This document shows, piece after piece, positions 36,740-44,571 of a stretch of 64,000 nt of DNA. The position numbers and the translations under genes are program-made. The notes beneath the pieces are model-generated. The model made no database searches, was not told the origin of the DNA, and worked only from the letters and a program-made list of their open reading frames with translations. The DNA lies in the IMG/VR virus record IMGVR_UViG_3300020455_000008, positions 20,946 to 84,945 of that record. One strand, written 5' to 3'. Every line of letters starts with the position of its first letter. Positions within the stretch are counted from its first letter, which is position 1. This DNA comes from a virus.

Positions 36740-36796
36740 ACACTTAAAAACACTACACAAGGGCCTCGGCTGGAGGCTCCCCTTTAAGGAGGTAAC

Positions 36797-37159
36797 ATGA
36801 ACACACTTTCGAGTAAAGCAATGAAGCGAGATCAAGACGAACTAAAACGAACTTTCGGAGGTGCTTTGAAGGGCCTTTATGAACTTGATTTTGATATGTA
36901 TACTCAAGATGTGGAATTGTTGATTTGGCTATTTGAGCAAGAGAACGCAGAGGAATTATATATTATCGAGTGTTTAACAAGCTTTGATATGTATGATGAG
37001 TATATAGCCGAATTACCCGAGGGCTATGAGGGAACAACCTCATACCCTAGATTGTCTATTCTTTGTTATTTGGGGAGGGTAATGACTAACGATCTAAGAA
37101 GAATGTTACTAAACGAACACTTTGCAGATATTAACAAGCGTAAAGCTATAAACAACTAA
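36797..37159 (+). CDS. Hypothetical acidic protein
   Basis: TAAGGAGGT RBS. Confidence 0.7.
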   Translation: MNTLSSKAMKRDQDELKRTFGGALKGLYELDFDMYTQDVELLIWLFEQENAEELYIIECLTSFDMYDEYIAELPEGYEGTTSYPRLSILCYLGRVMTNDLRRMLLNEHFADINKRKAINN

Positions 37160-37196
37160 ACAACTAAACAACTAAACAAGGGCCCAAGGGCCCAAG
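37149..37196 (+). repeat. Short tandem repeats (TAAACAAC)x3+ and (CAAGGGCC)x2
   Basis: Directly visible. Confidence 0.8.
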
Positions 37197-37208
37197 AAAG
37201 AATTCATT

Positions 37209-37559
37209 ATGTTTATCTCAGCAAAACAACTTCAAAACATCATCGAAACAAACAAGCAGCAAGCGCAGCATATACAATATTTGACTACTCAAGTAGAAGC
37301 GCTTCAACACACAGTTAAAGAGCTAACAGAAGTTAGAAAGCTTCTTACTGATGACGAGGTTGAGGCATTAACTGAACAACTCGTAAATAATGATGAATTT
37401 CAATACTCTTTGAGTGAATGGATTAATATATATCTCGGTGATAATATTGATGATTATGTCAGTAGTTACATTGATAATCATCACTACATAATCACTGATC
37501 TAGTAGACGATAAAATAAACGAGATCTTTGAGGAGGTAACTATCAAAATAGAGAGATAA
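37209..37559 (+). CDS. Coiled-coil protein with acidic C-terminus
   Basis: Last gene before terminator. Confidence 0.7.
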   Translation: MFISAKQLQNIIETNKQQAQHIQYLTTQVEALQHTVKELTEVRKLLTDDEVEALTEQLVNNDEFQYSLSEWINIYLGDNIDDYVSSYIDNHHYIITDLVDDKINEIFEEVTIKIER

Positions 37560-37588
37560 CAAGCAAAACAAAGAAACGACCTTTCAGG

Positions 37589-37624
37589 CCCTTGCTAGTC
37601 TCCACACTAGCAAGGGTTTTTTTT
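37589..37624 (+). terminator. Rho-independent terminator
   Basis: CCCTTGCTAGT-6-ACTAGCAAGGG followed by a T run. Confidence 0.9.
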
Positions 37625-37664
37625 GTCTTTTTGAATACCAACCCCCACCAACCCACAAAAACCG

Positions 37665-37752
37665 TATTTTGCGTTTTAAGCCACGTTAAAACACTGGTCT
37701 ATATCAATACAGTGGTTAGGTGGCTATCTTTCGTCTTACGTTAAAATATGAG
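37665..37752. repeat. ~88-bp fixed-spacing intergenic element, copy 2
   Basis: Matches 28102-28189 at both ends and at centre. Confidence 0.65.
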
Positions 37753-37896
37753 CTAATTTAACTATGTTCATTCTTTGGTTTGAGTCGGGCCTGTATGCTG
37801 CTAGCGATTAGAGAGAAGTTGACCCGTCAAACCAACTGAACAACTGTTCAGTTGCCCCAAGACACCCATCCCCCATACCTGCGCAAGCAACTTTTA

Positions 37897-38027
37897 CACT
37901 AATGTAAATTGAGTTGGGTTATGTCCACTATGCACTAATGTAAACTGAGATGAGTTATGTCCAACCATTATGCACTAATGTAAATTGAGAGGGTTTATGT
38001 CCAACCATTATGCACTAGGGTAAATTG
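37897..38027 (+). repeat. Iteron-like tandem repeat, ~40-bp unit, ~3.4 copies
   Basis: CACTAATGTAAATTGAG..GTTATGTCCAACCATTATG starting at 37897, 37933, 37973, 38013. Confidence 0.85.
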
Positions 38028-38111
38028 TGTTTGTATGATTGGGTATTGTGGGTTTGTGTGTATATATGTTTTATTAGTTGTGAGAATAGACAAGAGAGAG
38101 AGAGATAAGAT

Positions 38112-38987
38112 ATGATGACATTAAGAAGGGGAGACAAGGGTAGTTTTGTATTGTTTCTGCAAGAGCGATTGAATTTTCATGGTTTTTACACGAGTCAGGG
38201 TGGAGAGTTTAATGTGGGAACGGAGCGTACGTTAAAGGAGTTCCAGGTGTTATGGAATTTGGAGGTGAATGGTATATGTGGGGATGTGGAGTGGGGTTGT
38301 TTGTTGCAGAATTTTGGTTGGAGTCGTGGTGGTCATTTTGAGCGTAAGCGATTACCTGAGTTATTATTGGAGCGAGTGGAGAAGGAGGGGGATGTGAGTG
38401 TGGAGTGTATGGGTGTATTGGGGGAGATGTTAGGATATTTGGGATGTGAGGAGCGTCCATTTGGTCGTAATCGTGGTAAGGAGGTATTGGAGTTGGTGCA
38501 GGGAACGTGTGTAACGGGTGAGCGTAGGTTATTGGGTAGTGAGTACAAGCGTCATTGTGGTTTTAGTAATCTGAAGTATTTCCCATTATGGAGTGTGATT
38601 GGATTGAGTACGATCTTTGCGAAGTATTTTGAGGCGGATGATTGGAGTGAAGCGCCATTTGGTGATTGGTTGGGAACAGTAGACCAGTTATTGATATGGG
38701 GGGAGGGGCATGGTGTGTTGCGTGTTGGAGATTTGGGGTATTTGCGTCCAGGGGAGATCTTTGTGATAGGGATGGTGGATGTGGATTATAGTGTGCGTGG
38801 TTATGATGGGGGTGCACGTCCGAGGGGTGGTCATTGTGGTTTAGTGTTATGGGATTGTGGAGATGGTACAGTGCAGACGGTGGAGTGTAATACAGCGAAT
38901 GGTGTACGAGTGAGGAGGAGAAAGAAGTCTCAGTTGTATGGTGTGATCAATTGGGAGGGTGCATTGGAGGGGTTGGGATATGAGTGA
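38112..38987 (+). CDS. PG-binding + CHAP-like cell-wall hydrolase, catalytic Cys apparently replaced
   Basis: LRRGDKG..V..LQ..L; GHCGLV; VECNT; PLWSV where PWC is expected. Confidence 0.65.
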   Translation: MMTLRRGDKGSFVLFLQERLNFHGFYTSQGGEFNVGTERTLKEFQVLWNLEVNGICGDVEWGCLLQNFGWSRGGHFERKRLPELLLERVEKEGDVSVECMGVLGEMLGYLGCEERPFGRNRGKEVLELVQGTCVTGERRLLGSEYKRHCGFSNLKYFPLWSVIGLSTIFAKYFEADDWSEAPFGDWLGTVDQLLIWGEGHGVLRVGDLGYLRPGEIFVIGMVDVDYSVRGYDGGARPRGGHCGLVLWDCGDGTVQTVECNTANGVRVRRRKKSQLYGVINWEGALEGLGYE

Positions 38988-39345
38988 TTATATATATGAT
39001 CGTGAGTTATGTAGGGAGCGAGCGATTTGTTTGAAGTTGGGTGGTTTAACGATACGGGAGGTGATGTCCGTTTTAGCGGATGAGGGTTATATGAATAGAG
39101 ATACGGGTCGTGGTTATGGTTATGAGAGGGTGAGAGTATGGTGCAAGGGTATCTGTGACCAGCGTGGTTACCGTCATGTGCATTTACGTGGTATGAGTAT
39201 AGAGGAGCGTAAGTTACATGATGAGCGTCAGCATGAGATCCGATTGCAGCGTGTACGTGATTGGCGTGAGCGCAATATGGATCGAGTAAGGGAGTATGAC
39301 CGCTGGTACTATGAGAATTTTAGGCGTGTGTTTCGCAATTCTTAG
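38980..39345 (+). CDS. Putative DNA-binding protein
   Basis: HTH-like GLTIREV..LADEGY; R/E-rich C-terminus. Confidence 0.5.
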   Translation: MSDYIYDRELCRERAICLKLGGLTIREVMSVLADEGYMNRDTGRGYGYERVRVWCKGICDQRGYRHVHLRGMSIEERKLHDERQHEIRLQRVRDWRERNMDRVREYDRWYYENFRRVFRNS

Positions 39346-39379
39346 TACTTATTGAAAAGTATGAATAGGGGTGTGTGTA

Positions 39380-39730
39380 TTAGTTATATTTGAGTTCTTT
39401 AAATACGGCCAGTTGGAAGAGAACGTCAGCGACTTCTGCGTCTTCATCATTGTGGATGATGAGTTGCAGGTATGTGGGGTATTCTTTAGCCATGATATGT
39501 AGTGCTTGGTGTAGATCCTGTAGTGTGATGATATGTATTTTGTTGTCTTCTATTTCGTGAATGATGAGTGACCAGTCTTTATTGAGTTCGAGTAGGTTTT
39601 GTTCTTTTGGTATTTTGGTAGTGGCCCAGTATGAGATACCAGCTTCGATGGCAGTTTCTAGGACTTCAGCGATTCTGTAGTTGGGTATGGTGTATTGTAT
39701 ATGAACGGTGCATGATGTGTGTGTTGTCAT
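39380..39730 (-). CDS. Hypothetical phage protein
   Basis: EAGISYWA...DAEVADVLFQLAVFKE motif. Confidence 0.7.
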   Translation of the reverse strand: MTTHTSCTVHIQYTIPNYRIAEVLETAIEAGISYWATTKIPKEQNLLELNKDWSLIIHEIEDNKIHIITLQDLHQALHIMAKEYPTYLQLIIHNDEDAEVADVLFQLAVFKELKYN

Positions 39731-40029
39731 TAGTGTATGCCTTTAAGTATTTGGATATAGTCTTGTTGTGTTTGTGTGTGTATTTGTTTGATTTGTTTGA
39801 GTACGGACTGTTTTTTATTGAGATGTAGGGTAGTGGGTAGTTTATGTTTAACTCTTTGGGCGCGCCATCGGTAGATATTGCTATCTAGGACGAAGAGGGC
39901 GAGTTGGTGTAGGTATGTTCGGTTGCTAGCGTGTGTATACTCTTGTGAGAAGGTGTGCCATAGATCTCGATCTTCGTGTGTCGTGTATTGTAAGAGTTCT
40001 TGGTAGTATTGTGTTTGTGTGTGTGTCAT
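39730..40029 (-). CDS. Hypothetical protein
   Basis: Coupled ORF, T/H/Q-biased. Confidence 0.55.
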   Translation of the reverse strand: MTHTQTQYYQELLQYTTHEDRDLWHTFSQEYTHASNRTYLHQLALFVLDSNIYRWRAQRVKHKLPTTLHLNKKQSVLKQIKQIHTQTQQDYIQILKGIH

Positions 40030-40054
40030 GTTGTATATCCGTTAATAATGTCTT

Positions 40055-40408
40055 TTAGAGATACTGTAAGAGTTTAGCTCCGATTTCATGTGGGATGAGA
40101 TCACAGGGCATAACGGTCATTGTTTCTTTGTGTGAGTGTGCTAGGTCATCGAGCCAACAGTTGTCTTCGATATACAGGGCACGATCGACAAAGAGGTGAA
40201 CATCTACGCTGGTAAAGGATGTGGGGTAGAAGAAGAAGCTAATCTCTGTTCTTTCGTCATCTTTGTATGCAGTGATTCTGAGAGCTGGATCACTTGAGTC
40301 TCCTTGGATCTCAGTATTGATTTTTCCTGTGTAGTGTTGATTGAGGTATTCTACAACTTCTTGTAGGAAGAGGTATTGCCCACTTTTCATATGATCTAGT
40401 AAGTTCAT
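40055..40408 (-). CDS. Hypothetical protein
   Basis: Coupled ORF. Confidence 0.6.
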   Translation of the reverse strand: MNLLDHMKSGQYLFLQEVVEYLNQHYTGKINTEIQGDSSDPALRITAYKDDERTEISFFFYPTSFTSVDVHLFVDRALYIEDNCWLDDLAHSHKETMTVMPCDLIPHEIGAKLLQYL

Positions 40409-40728
40409 TGTGCTTCATCCTTATTTGGGAAGTCGAAGCAGAGTGTAGACTTCGTGGGTGTATGTGTCATGGTGGTTGCCCCGTAGGGGTGGTTAGCGAG
40501 TCCAGAGATAGTTATGCCAGCCACAGTGGAGTTATATTTTGAGTTCCTTCTGCATTTGATTTCGATGGTAGTATCGTTGACTTCAGATATTTTGACTTTC
40601 ATTGCATTGGCGAGTGGTGTGATTGCTTCGACTAGGTGACCTTTAACGATAGTGGGATAGATCTCGTTAGGTGTTAAGCCTTGATCGATTAACTCATGTG
40701 CAGTGTGTAATAGGTGAGCGTATGACAT
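40405..40728 (-). CDS. Hypothetical protein
   Basis: AAGGAG RBS. Confidence 0.65.
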   Translation of the reverse strand: MSYAHLLHTAHELIDQGLTPNEIYPTIVKGHLVEAITPLANAMKVKISEVNDTTIEIKCRRNSKYNSTVAGITISGLANHPYGATTMTHTPTKSTLCFDFPNKDEAQ

Positions 40729-40778
40729 TGTGTTCTCCTTAGAGAGTGTTTAGTAAAAAAGCACTAAGCTTGATACAA

Positions 40779-40807
40779 GATATACCCCACTATTTAAGGT
40801 AGGTCAA
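40779..40807 (-). promoter_or_regulatory. Sigma70-like promoter
   Basis: TTGACC-17-TATATC on the minus strand. Confidence 0.5.
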
Positions 40808-40837
40808 TAGGGAAAAATAAAAATATTTTATATTGGC

Positions 40838-41329
40838 TTAATCCTGTTCCATTTCTTCAAAGCATTTCTCTTGGTTGAAGTATAAAATATCTGTGTATAT
40901 ATCGATGATATGTTGTGCATAGTTGTACTCTGATCGACCTTGTTTGCATTTCCCTTTAAGCCCTCTGTTGTACTGGGCAAGTGCTTTGCATTTCTTTTGG
41001 TTATTAAGGTCTAGGAATTTCTTGAGTGCCGTTATCCCTGCTTTAGTATAGTTGCACTCACCTTCTTTTGGGCAGTGGTATTGAGGTAGAACACCTAATG
41101 GGCCTTTTGCGCCTTTATGGCTTGTGATATTCTCGAATCGAGTCTCATCATATGCGACTGAGATGGCGAGTATGGGGTCTACCTTTTGTTTGATGGCTTC
41201 CTTAGCAACTTCTTGGCAGATTGCCATTCGTTTTGGGATAGTCTTAGAGATTTTCTTTTGGTAGCTGATCGAAGCATTAGGTGACATGATATTCATCATA
41301 ATGATCCAGCATAGGTTTGTTACGTTCAT
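40838..41329 (-). CDS. Lytic transglycosylase (SLT domain)
   Basis: VDPILAISVAYDETRF, SHKGAKGPLGV, ALAQYNRG. Confidence 0.8.
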   Translation of the reverse strand: MNVTNLCWIIMMNIMSPNASISYQKKISKTIPKRMAICQEVAKEAIKQKVDPILAISVAYDETRFENITSHKGAKGPLGVLPQYHCPKEGECNYTKAGITALKKFLDLNNQKKCKALAQYNRGLKGKCKQGRSEYNYAQHIIDIYTDILYFNQEKCFEEMEQD

Positions 41330-41718
41330 TGTGCTTCCTTTATTGTGACCTCAGTCCTTGGTTGGTTACTACGCTCTGCATAGTATTTGTATGCGTGAAT
41401 GGTGCATACCTGAGCGTCATCTTTGAGTGTTTTATTAAGTGCGTCTAGTACGGCCTTGATGATATTGTCAAGGTCGGGTCTTTTAGTATGTTTGATGAGT
41501 CCATCGGGGTATTTCTTAGGCATAAGTCTTTGTGGTCTTGGGAAGACAGCAAGTAATGTGACTTCTATAGGGCCTTGTATGTCTTGTTCTTTAATGAGTG
41601 CCTTGAGTGCGTTTTCGTAGTCCTTTGTTCTTTTGGGTGTGTATGCTCTACCGTTACCGAATCTTGGTCTGCCTTTGGGTACAGGGGTGCCCATTAAGGT
41701 GATGGTAATAGGGTTCAT
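41326..41718 (-). CDS. rusA: RusA-like Holliday junction resolvase
   Basis: PVPKGRPR, KRPDLDNIIKAVLDAL, DDAQV. Confidence 0.9.
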   Translation of the reverse strand: MNPITITLMGTPVPKGRPRFGNGRAYTPKRTKDYENALKALIKEQDIQGPIEVTLLAVFPRPQRLMPKKYPDGLIKHTKRPDLDNIIKAVLDALNKTLKDDAQVCTIHAYKYYAERSNQPRTEVTIKEAQ

Positions 41719-41936
41719 TCATTTTCCCACTTACGTACACCCCAGTATTGTCCACCATTGGCTCTATCATCATCTAGGTAAACGATGGAATATCCGTTAG
41801 TGTTGAGGTAGGCGGTTGCAGCGTGGAAACAGTCAAAGTGTGCAAGTTGGTCTTTGTTTTCAGTATCGGGGTTATAAAGGGTAACCCATGTATATGGTCG
41901 GTCGGGTCTTGTGTCTTCAATAACTATTTCTTTCAT
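41715..41936 (-). CDS. Hypothetical protein
   Basis: Coupled ORF. Confidence 0.6.
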   Translation of the reverse strand: MKEIVIEDTRPDRPYTWVTLYNPDTENKDQLAHFDCFHAATAYLNTNGYSIVYLDDDRANGGQYWGVRKWENE

Positions 41937-42121
41937 AGTTTGACTCGCTTTCTGACCATGTATAACTTTTGCTGTGGACCACCTTTTTTGATCATAATTT
42001 GTTTATTTGTTTTGGAGAACTGGGTGCCGTAGCCACGTTCGAGCCAAAGTTGGATTTCTTTTTTAGCTTCCATGTAGTTGGGGGTAATCAAAATGATCTC
42101 CCAAGGGTTTGACTTTTTCAT
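41933..42121 (-). CDS. Hypothetical protein
   Basis: AAGGA RBS, coupled. Confidence 0.55.
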   Translation of the reverse strand: MKKSNPWEIILITPNYMEAKKEIQLWLERGYGTQFSKTNKQIMIKKGGPQQKLYMVRKRVKL

Positions 42122-42257
42122 TTTTTTCCTTTCTGTGTGCGTACACTTATGGAAATGTCTATAGCACTCATGTTGAATCTCTTCAAGATTTATTTCAACA
42201 TACCAACGTGTGGGTTATAATATGTTAGATACTCACTAATACTTTTGGAGGTACGTA

Positions 42258-42518
42258 ATGAACGTCAATATGGACATGGTTTTTAAGGTGATGAGCGTAG
42301 GTTTGATTCCAGCTATGTTATGGGTCAACTCGCAGTCTGTAGATATTGCTTTGTTGAAGCGAGAGCTTGAGTCGAACAAGACTCGATTAGACAAGGTAGA
42401 AGCGCAACAATCTAAGATTTTACAGGGAGTCACAGATAATCAAATTGCTCTTAAAAGCATGACAGTGACTATGAACTTTATGAAAGATATTTTAACGGAT
42501 ATTAAAAATGCTAGGTAA
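42258..42518 (+). CDS. Single-TM coiled-coil protein (holin/spanin-like candidate)
   Basis: GGAGG RBS; N-terminal hydrophobic helix. Confidence 0.6.
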   Translation: MNVNMDMVFKVMSVGLIPAMLWVNSQSVDIALLKRELESNKTRLDKVEAQQSKILQGVTDNQIALKSMTVTMNFMKDILTDIKNAR

Positions 42519-42837
42519 CTTTTGGCGAGGTGTGGCATTGGTTGTTTTTTGGGTATTATGTGCTTTTGTGTATCAGTCTTTGTTACATACAGACGATTAC
42601 CAAAAGTCAGCCGCTAGTACAATGGATACCGCCCCTATGAAATCTGCTAAACGTGTTGTAAGGCGTAAGCGTAAGTTAAAGCGTAAACGTAAAACTAAGA
42701 AGCCGTATTTACTTGAAGTTAGAGTAAGGGACGCTAACCCTGTTGACATTCATCAAATGGAACAACAGTTAAATCAGATGAGTATAGATGTGATTGACCT
42801 AAAGGTTAGTCAGGGGATTCCCAATGGATATAAATGA
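42508..42837 (+). CDS. Membrane-anchored basic protein
   Basis: N-terminal TM, K/R run. Confidence 0.6.
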   Translation: MLGNFWRGVALVVFWVLCAFVYQSLLHTDDYQKSAASTMDTAPMKSAKRVVRRKRKLKRKRKTKKPYLLEVRVRDANPVDIHQMEQQLNQMSIDVIDLKVSQGIPNGYK

Positions 42838-43150
42838 GTATCAAAATAAAGCAAGAGAGACCGCCTTGTACCCTACAGAGCATGGGCTTACCTACTGTAC
42901 TTTAGGTTTAGCGGGTGAAGCGGGTGAAGTTGCGGATAAGATTAAGAAGATTATTCGTGATAAGAACTGTGTGGTGAGTGAAGAAGACCGCATGGAACTA
43001 GCAAAAGAATTAGGTGATGTATTTTGGTATTTAGCAAATCTCTCCTTTGAGCTAAACTTAGCTCTCGATTTTGTGGCTAATAAGAATATCGAGAAGCTAA
43101 TGAGCCGCAAAGAACGTGGTGTAATTTCGGGTGAAGGAGATAATAGATAA
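42824..43150 (+). CDS. MazG-like nucleotide pyrophosphohydrolase
   Basis: LGLAGEAGEVADKIKK, KELGDVFWY, GEGDNR. Confidence 0.9.
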   Translation: MDINEYQNKARETALYPTEHGLTYCTLGLAGEAGEVADKIKKIIRDKNCVVSEEDRMELAKELGDVFWYLANLSFELNLALDFVANKNIEKLMSRKERGVISGEGDNR

Positions 43151-43317
43151 TGCCAGTGTATAAAGTAAAAGGTGGGTATCGTTGGGGTAAGACAGGGAAG
43201 GTTTACAAAACCAAAGCCGAAGCAGAACGTCAGGGTCGCGCTGTGAGGACTTCTATGTCTTATAAGGGTTCTAGTAAGGGGAAAAAGGGTAAAGGCACTA
43301 AGAAGGGGAAATACTGA
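43150..43317 (+). CDS. 55-aa basic protein (not in ORF track)
   Basis: MPVYKVKGGYRWGKTGKVYKTKAEAERQGRA...; start and stop overlap both neighbours. Confidence 0.75.
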   Translation: MPVYKVKGGYRWGKTGKVYKTKAEAERQGRAVRTSMSYKGSSKGKKGKGTKKGKY

Positions 43318-43643
43318 TGTATGTAGAAAAGAAAAGGGCGGATGGAATAAAGGTAACTCATGCGGGTGGTGAAATTGCAATCACAGACAAAGAGTTAGAT
43401 CTTAGTGTTGCATTGCCTTCAATGGGTAAGCCCTTTTCAGAAGACCAACTAAAGGCAATTGAGGATCGTTTAGAGAGTCACGATGACTTTGTGAAGCCTA
43501 TGATGGCTGTGACTAGAGTTGACGGGGTTTTTGCTAGGTTAGACTTGGGCGGCTACTTCTCTCCTTGGGTTGTTGGAGAAGAGCTTGAGGATGTCATGGA
43601 GCAGTTAGATGACATTTATGGAGTCTATGATGACTACTTATGA
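43317..43643 (+). CDS. Hypothetical protein
   Basis: Coupled ORF. Confidence 0.65.
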   Translation: MYVEKKRADGIKVTHAGGEIAITDKELDLSVALPSMGKPFSEDQLKAIEDRLESHDDFVKPMMAVTRVDGVFARLDLGGYFSPWVVGEELEDVMEQLDDIYGVYDDYL

Positions 43644-43987
43644 GATTCTAGACTTACAATTTGACTCTGAAGATAGAAAATTGCTTTACGGAGGTCTTCA
43701 ATCTCCGTTTCGGGATTTTTCCTTCCAGCTCGGCAAATGTATTTTAGTGCGTTTCCCATTGCGAAGTTTAGTTCCCAAGCTCTTATCACATTGATTGCTT
43801 CATACACGCCTGGACGATAATGATCGGGATGGCTGATCAGATCGTTTCTGACTGCCAACTCATCGACTTCCATCCTTGGTTTACCCAAGCCTTGAGAATC
43901 ATCCTCTTGAGCGTCAAAAGTTTTTGAAAACTTTTTATAGGTGGGGTCTTCGCTATCTAGTTCTCTTATAAAGTCTTGTTTTGTCAT
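43634..43987 (-). CDS. DUF3310-like protein
   Basis: SHPDHY, EAINVI, GNALKYICRAGRK, EDLRKAIFYL. Confidence 0.85.
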   Translation of the reverse strand: MTKQDFIRELDSEDPTYKKFSKTFDAQEDDSQGLGKPRMEVDELAVRNDLISHPDHYRPGVYEAINVIRAWELNFAMGNALKYICRAGRKNPETEIEDLRKAIFYLQSQIVSLESHK

Positions 43988-44017
43988 AACGGAATTCGTT
44001 CCTTTTTGGGTGTCTGC

Positions 44018-44058
44018 CTTATATAGTATATATATATAAGACTAAGTATATATATAAG
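44018..44058. promoter_or_regulatory. CTTATA-(AT)n-TATAAG element, copy 3
   Basis: Upstream of the packaging/structural operon. Confidence 0.45.
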
Positions 44059-44074
44059 ATCAAGGGTAACTATC

Positions 44075-44566
44075 ATGGCTAGAAAACCAAGTAAGTCTAA
44101 GTCTAAAACTAAAGTACCTAAGAAATACACTGCTGGACTCTCCGATGAGGATAAGAAGAAAAGAGAAGCACAGATCCGTAGAAGAGCTAAGGCTTCACGT
44201 AGTGGAAAACCTAACTACGGGCCAATGGCAGGTGATAAAGCTGCGAAGACCAAGCCTTCAAAGTACACTCAGCAAGCGAAGCGCAGTGGTTTGAAGAAGA
44301 AGATTGAAGAAAATATGAATGGTAAAGGGAAGGAAGCTTACATAAAAGCCGTATCTAAGGCTACTGGTTATCCTTTACCTATTCTTAGAGAGGTACATGA
44401 GAGAGGGGCTAGAGCTTTTGCTACGGGTAGAAGACCAGGTGCTTCTCAATCAGCTTGGAGTCGTGCGAGAGTTCTTAGTTTTGTCCAAGGTGGCAAGACC
44501 TCTAAGACAGCCGACAAAGAGCTTTATAAAAAAGCTAAAGAGCAGATGAAAAAACGAAAGAAGTAG
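44075..44566 (+). CDS. Highly basic protein (DUF5824-like)
   Basis: VPKKY, TKPSKYT, RG..A..TG.RPGAS..AW..ARV.SF. Confidence 0.6.
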   Translation: MARKPSKSKSKTKVPKKYTAGLSDEDKKKREAQIRRRAKASRSGKPNYGPMAGDKAAKTKPSKYTQQAKRSGLKKKIEENMNGKGKEAYIKAVSKATGYPLPILREVHERGARAFATGRRPGASQSAWSRARVLSFVQGGKTSKTADKELYKKAKEQMKKRKK

Positions 44567-44571
44567 TCACA

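Noticed and set aside
37897-38027. Possible mini CRISPR array
   Set aside because: Units are contiguous near-identical repeats with no unique spacers, and there is no cas operon.
38209-38817. Pro/His/Thr-rich minus-strand ORFs
   Set aside because: By-products of the G/T strand bias, antisense to a recognisable gene.
42892-43380. 162-aa minus-strand ORF
   Set aside because: Antisense to MazG and a coupled 55-aa gene; no motifs.
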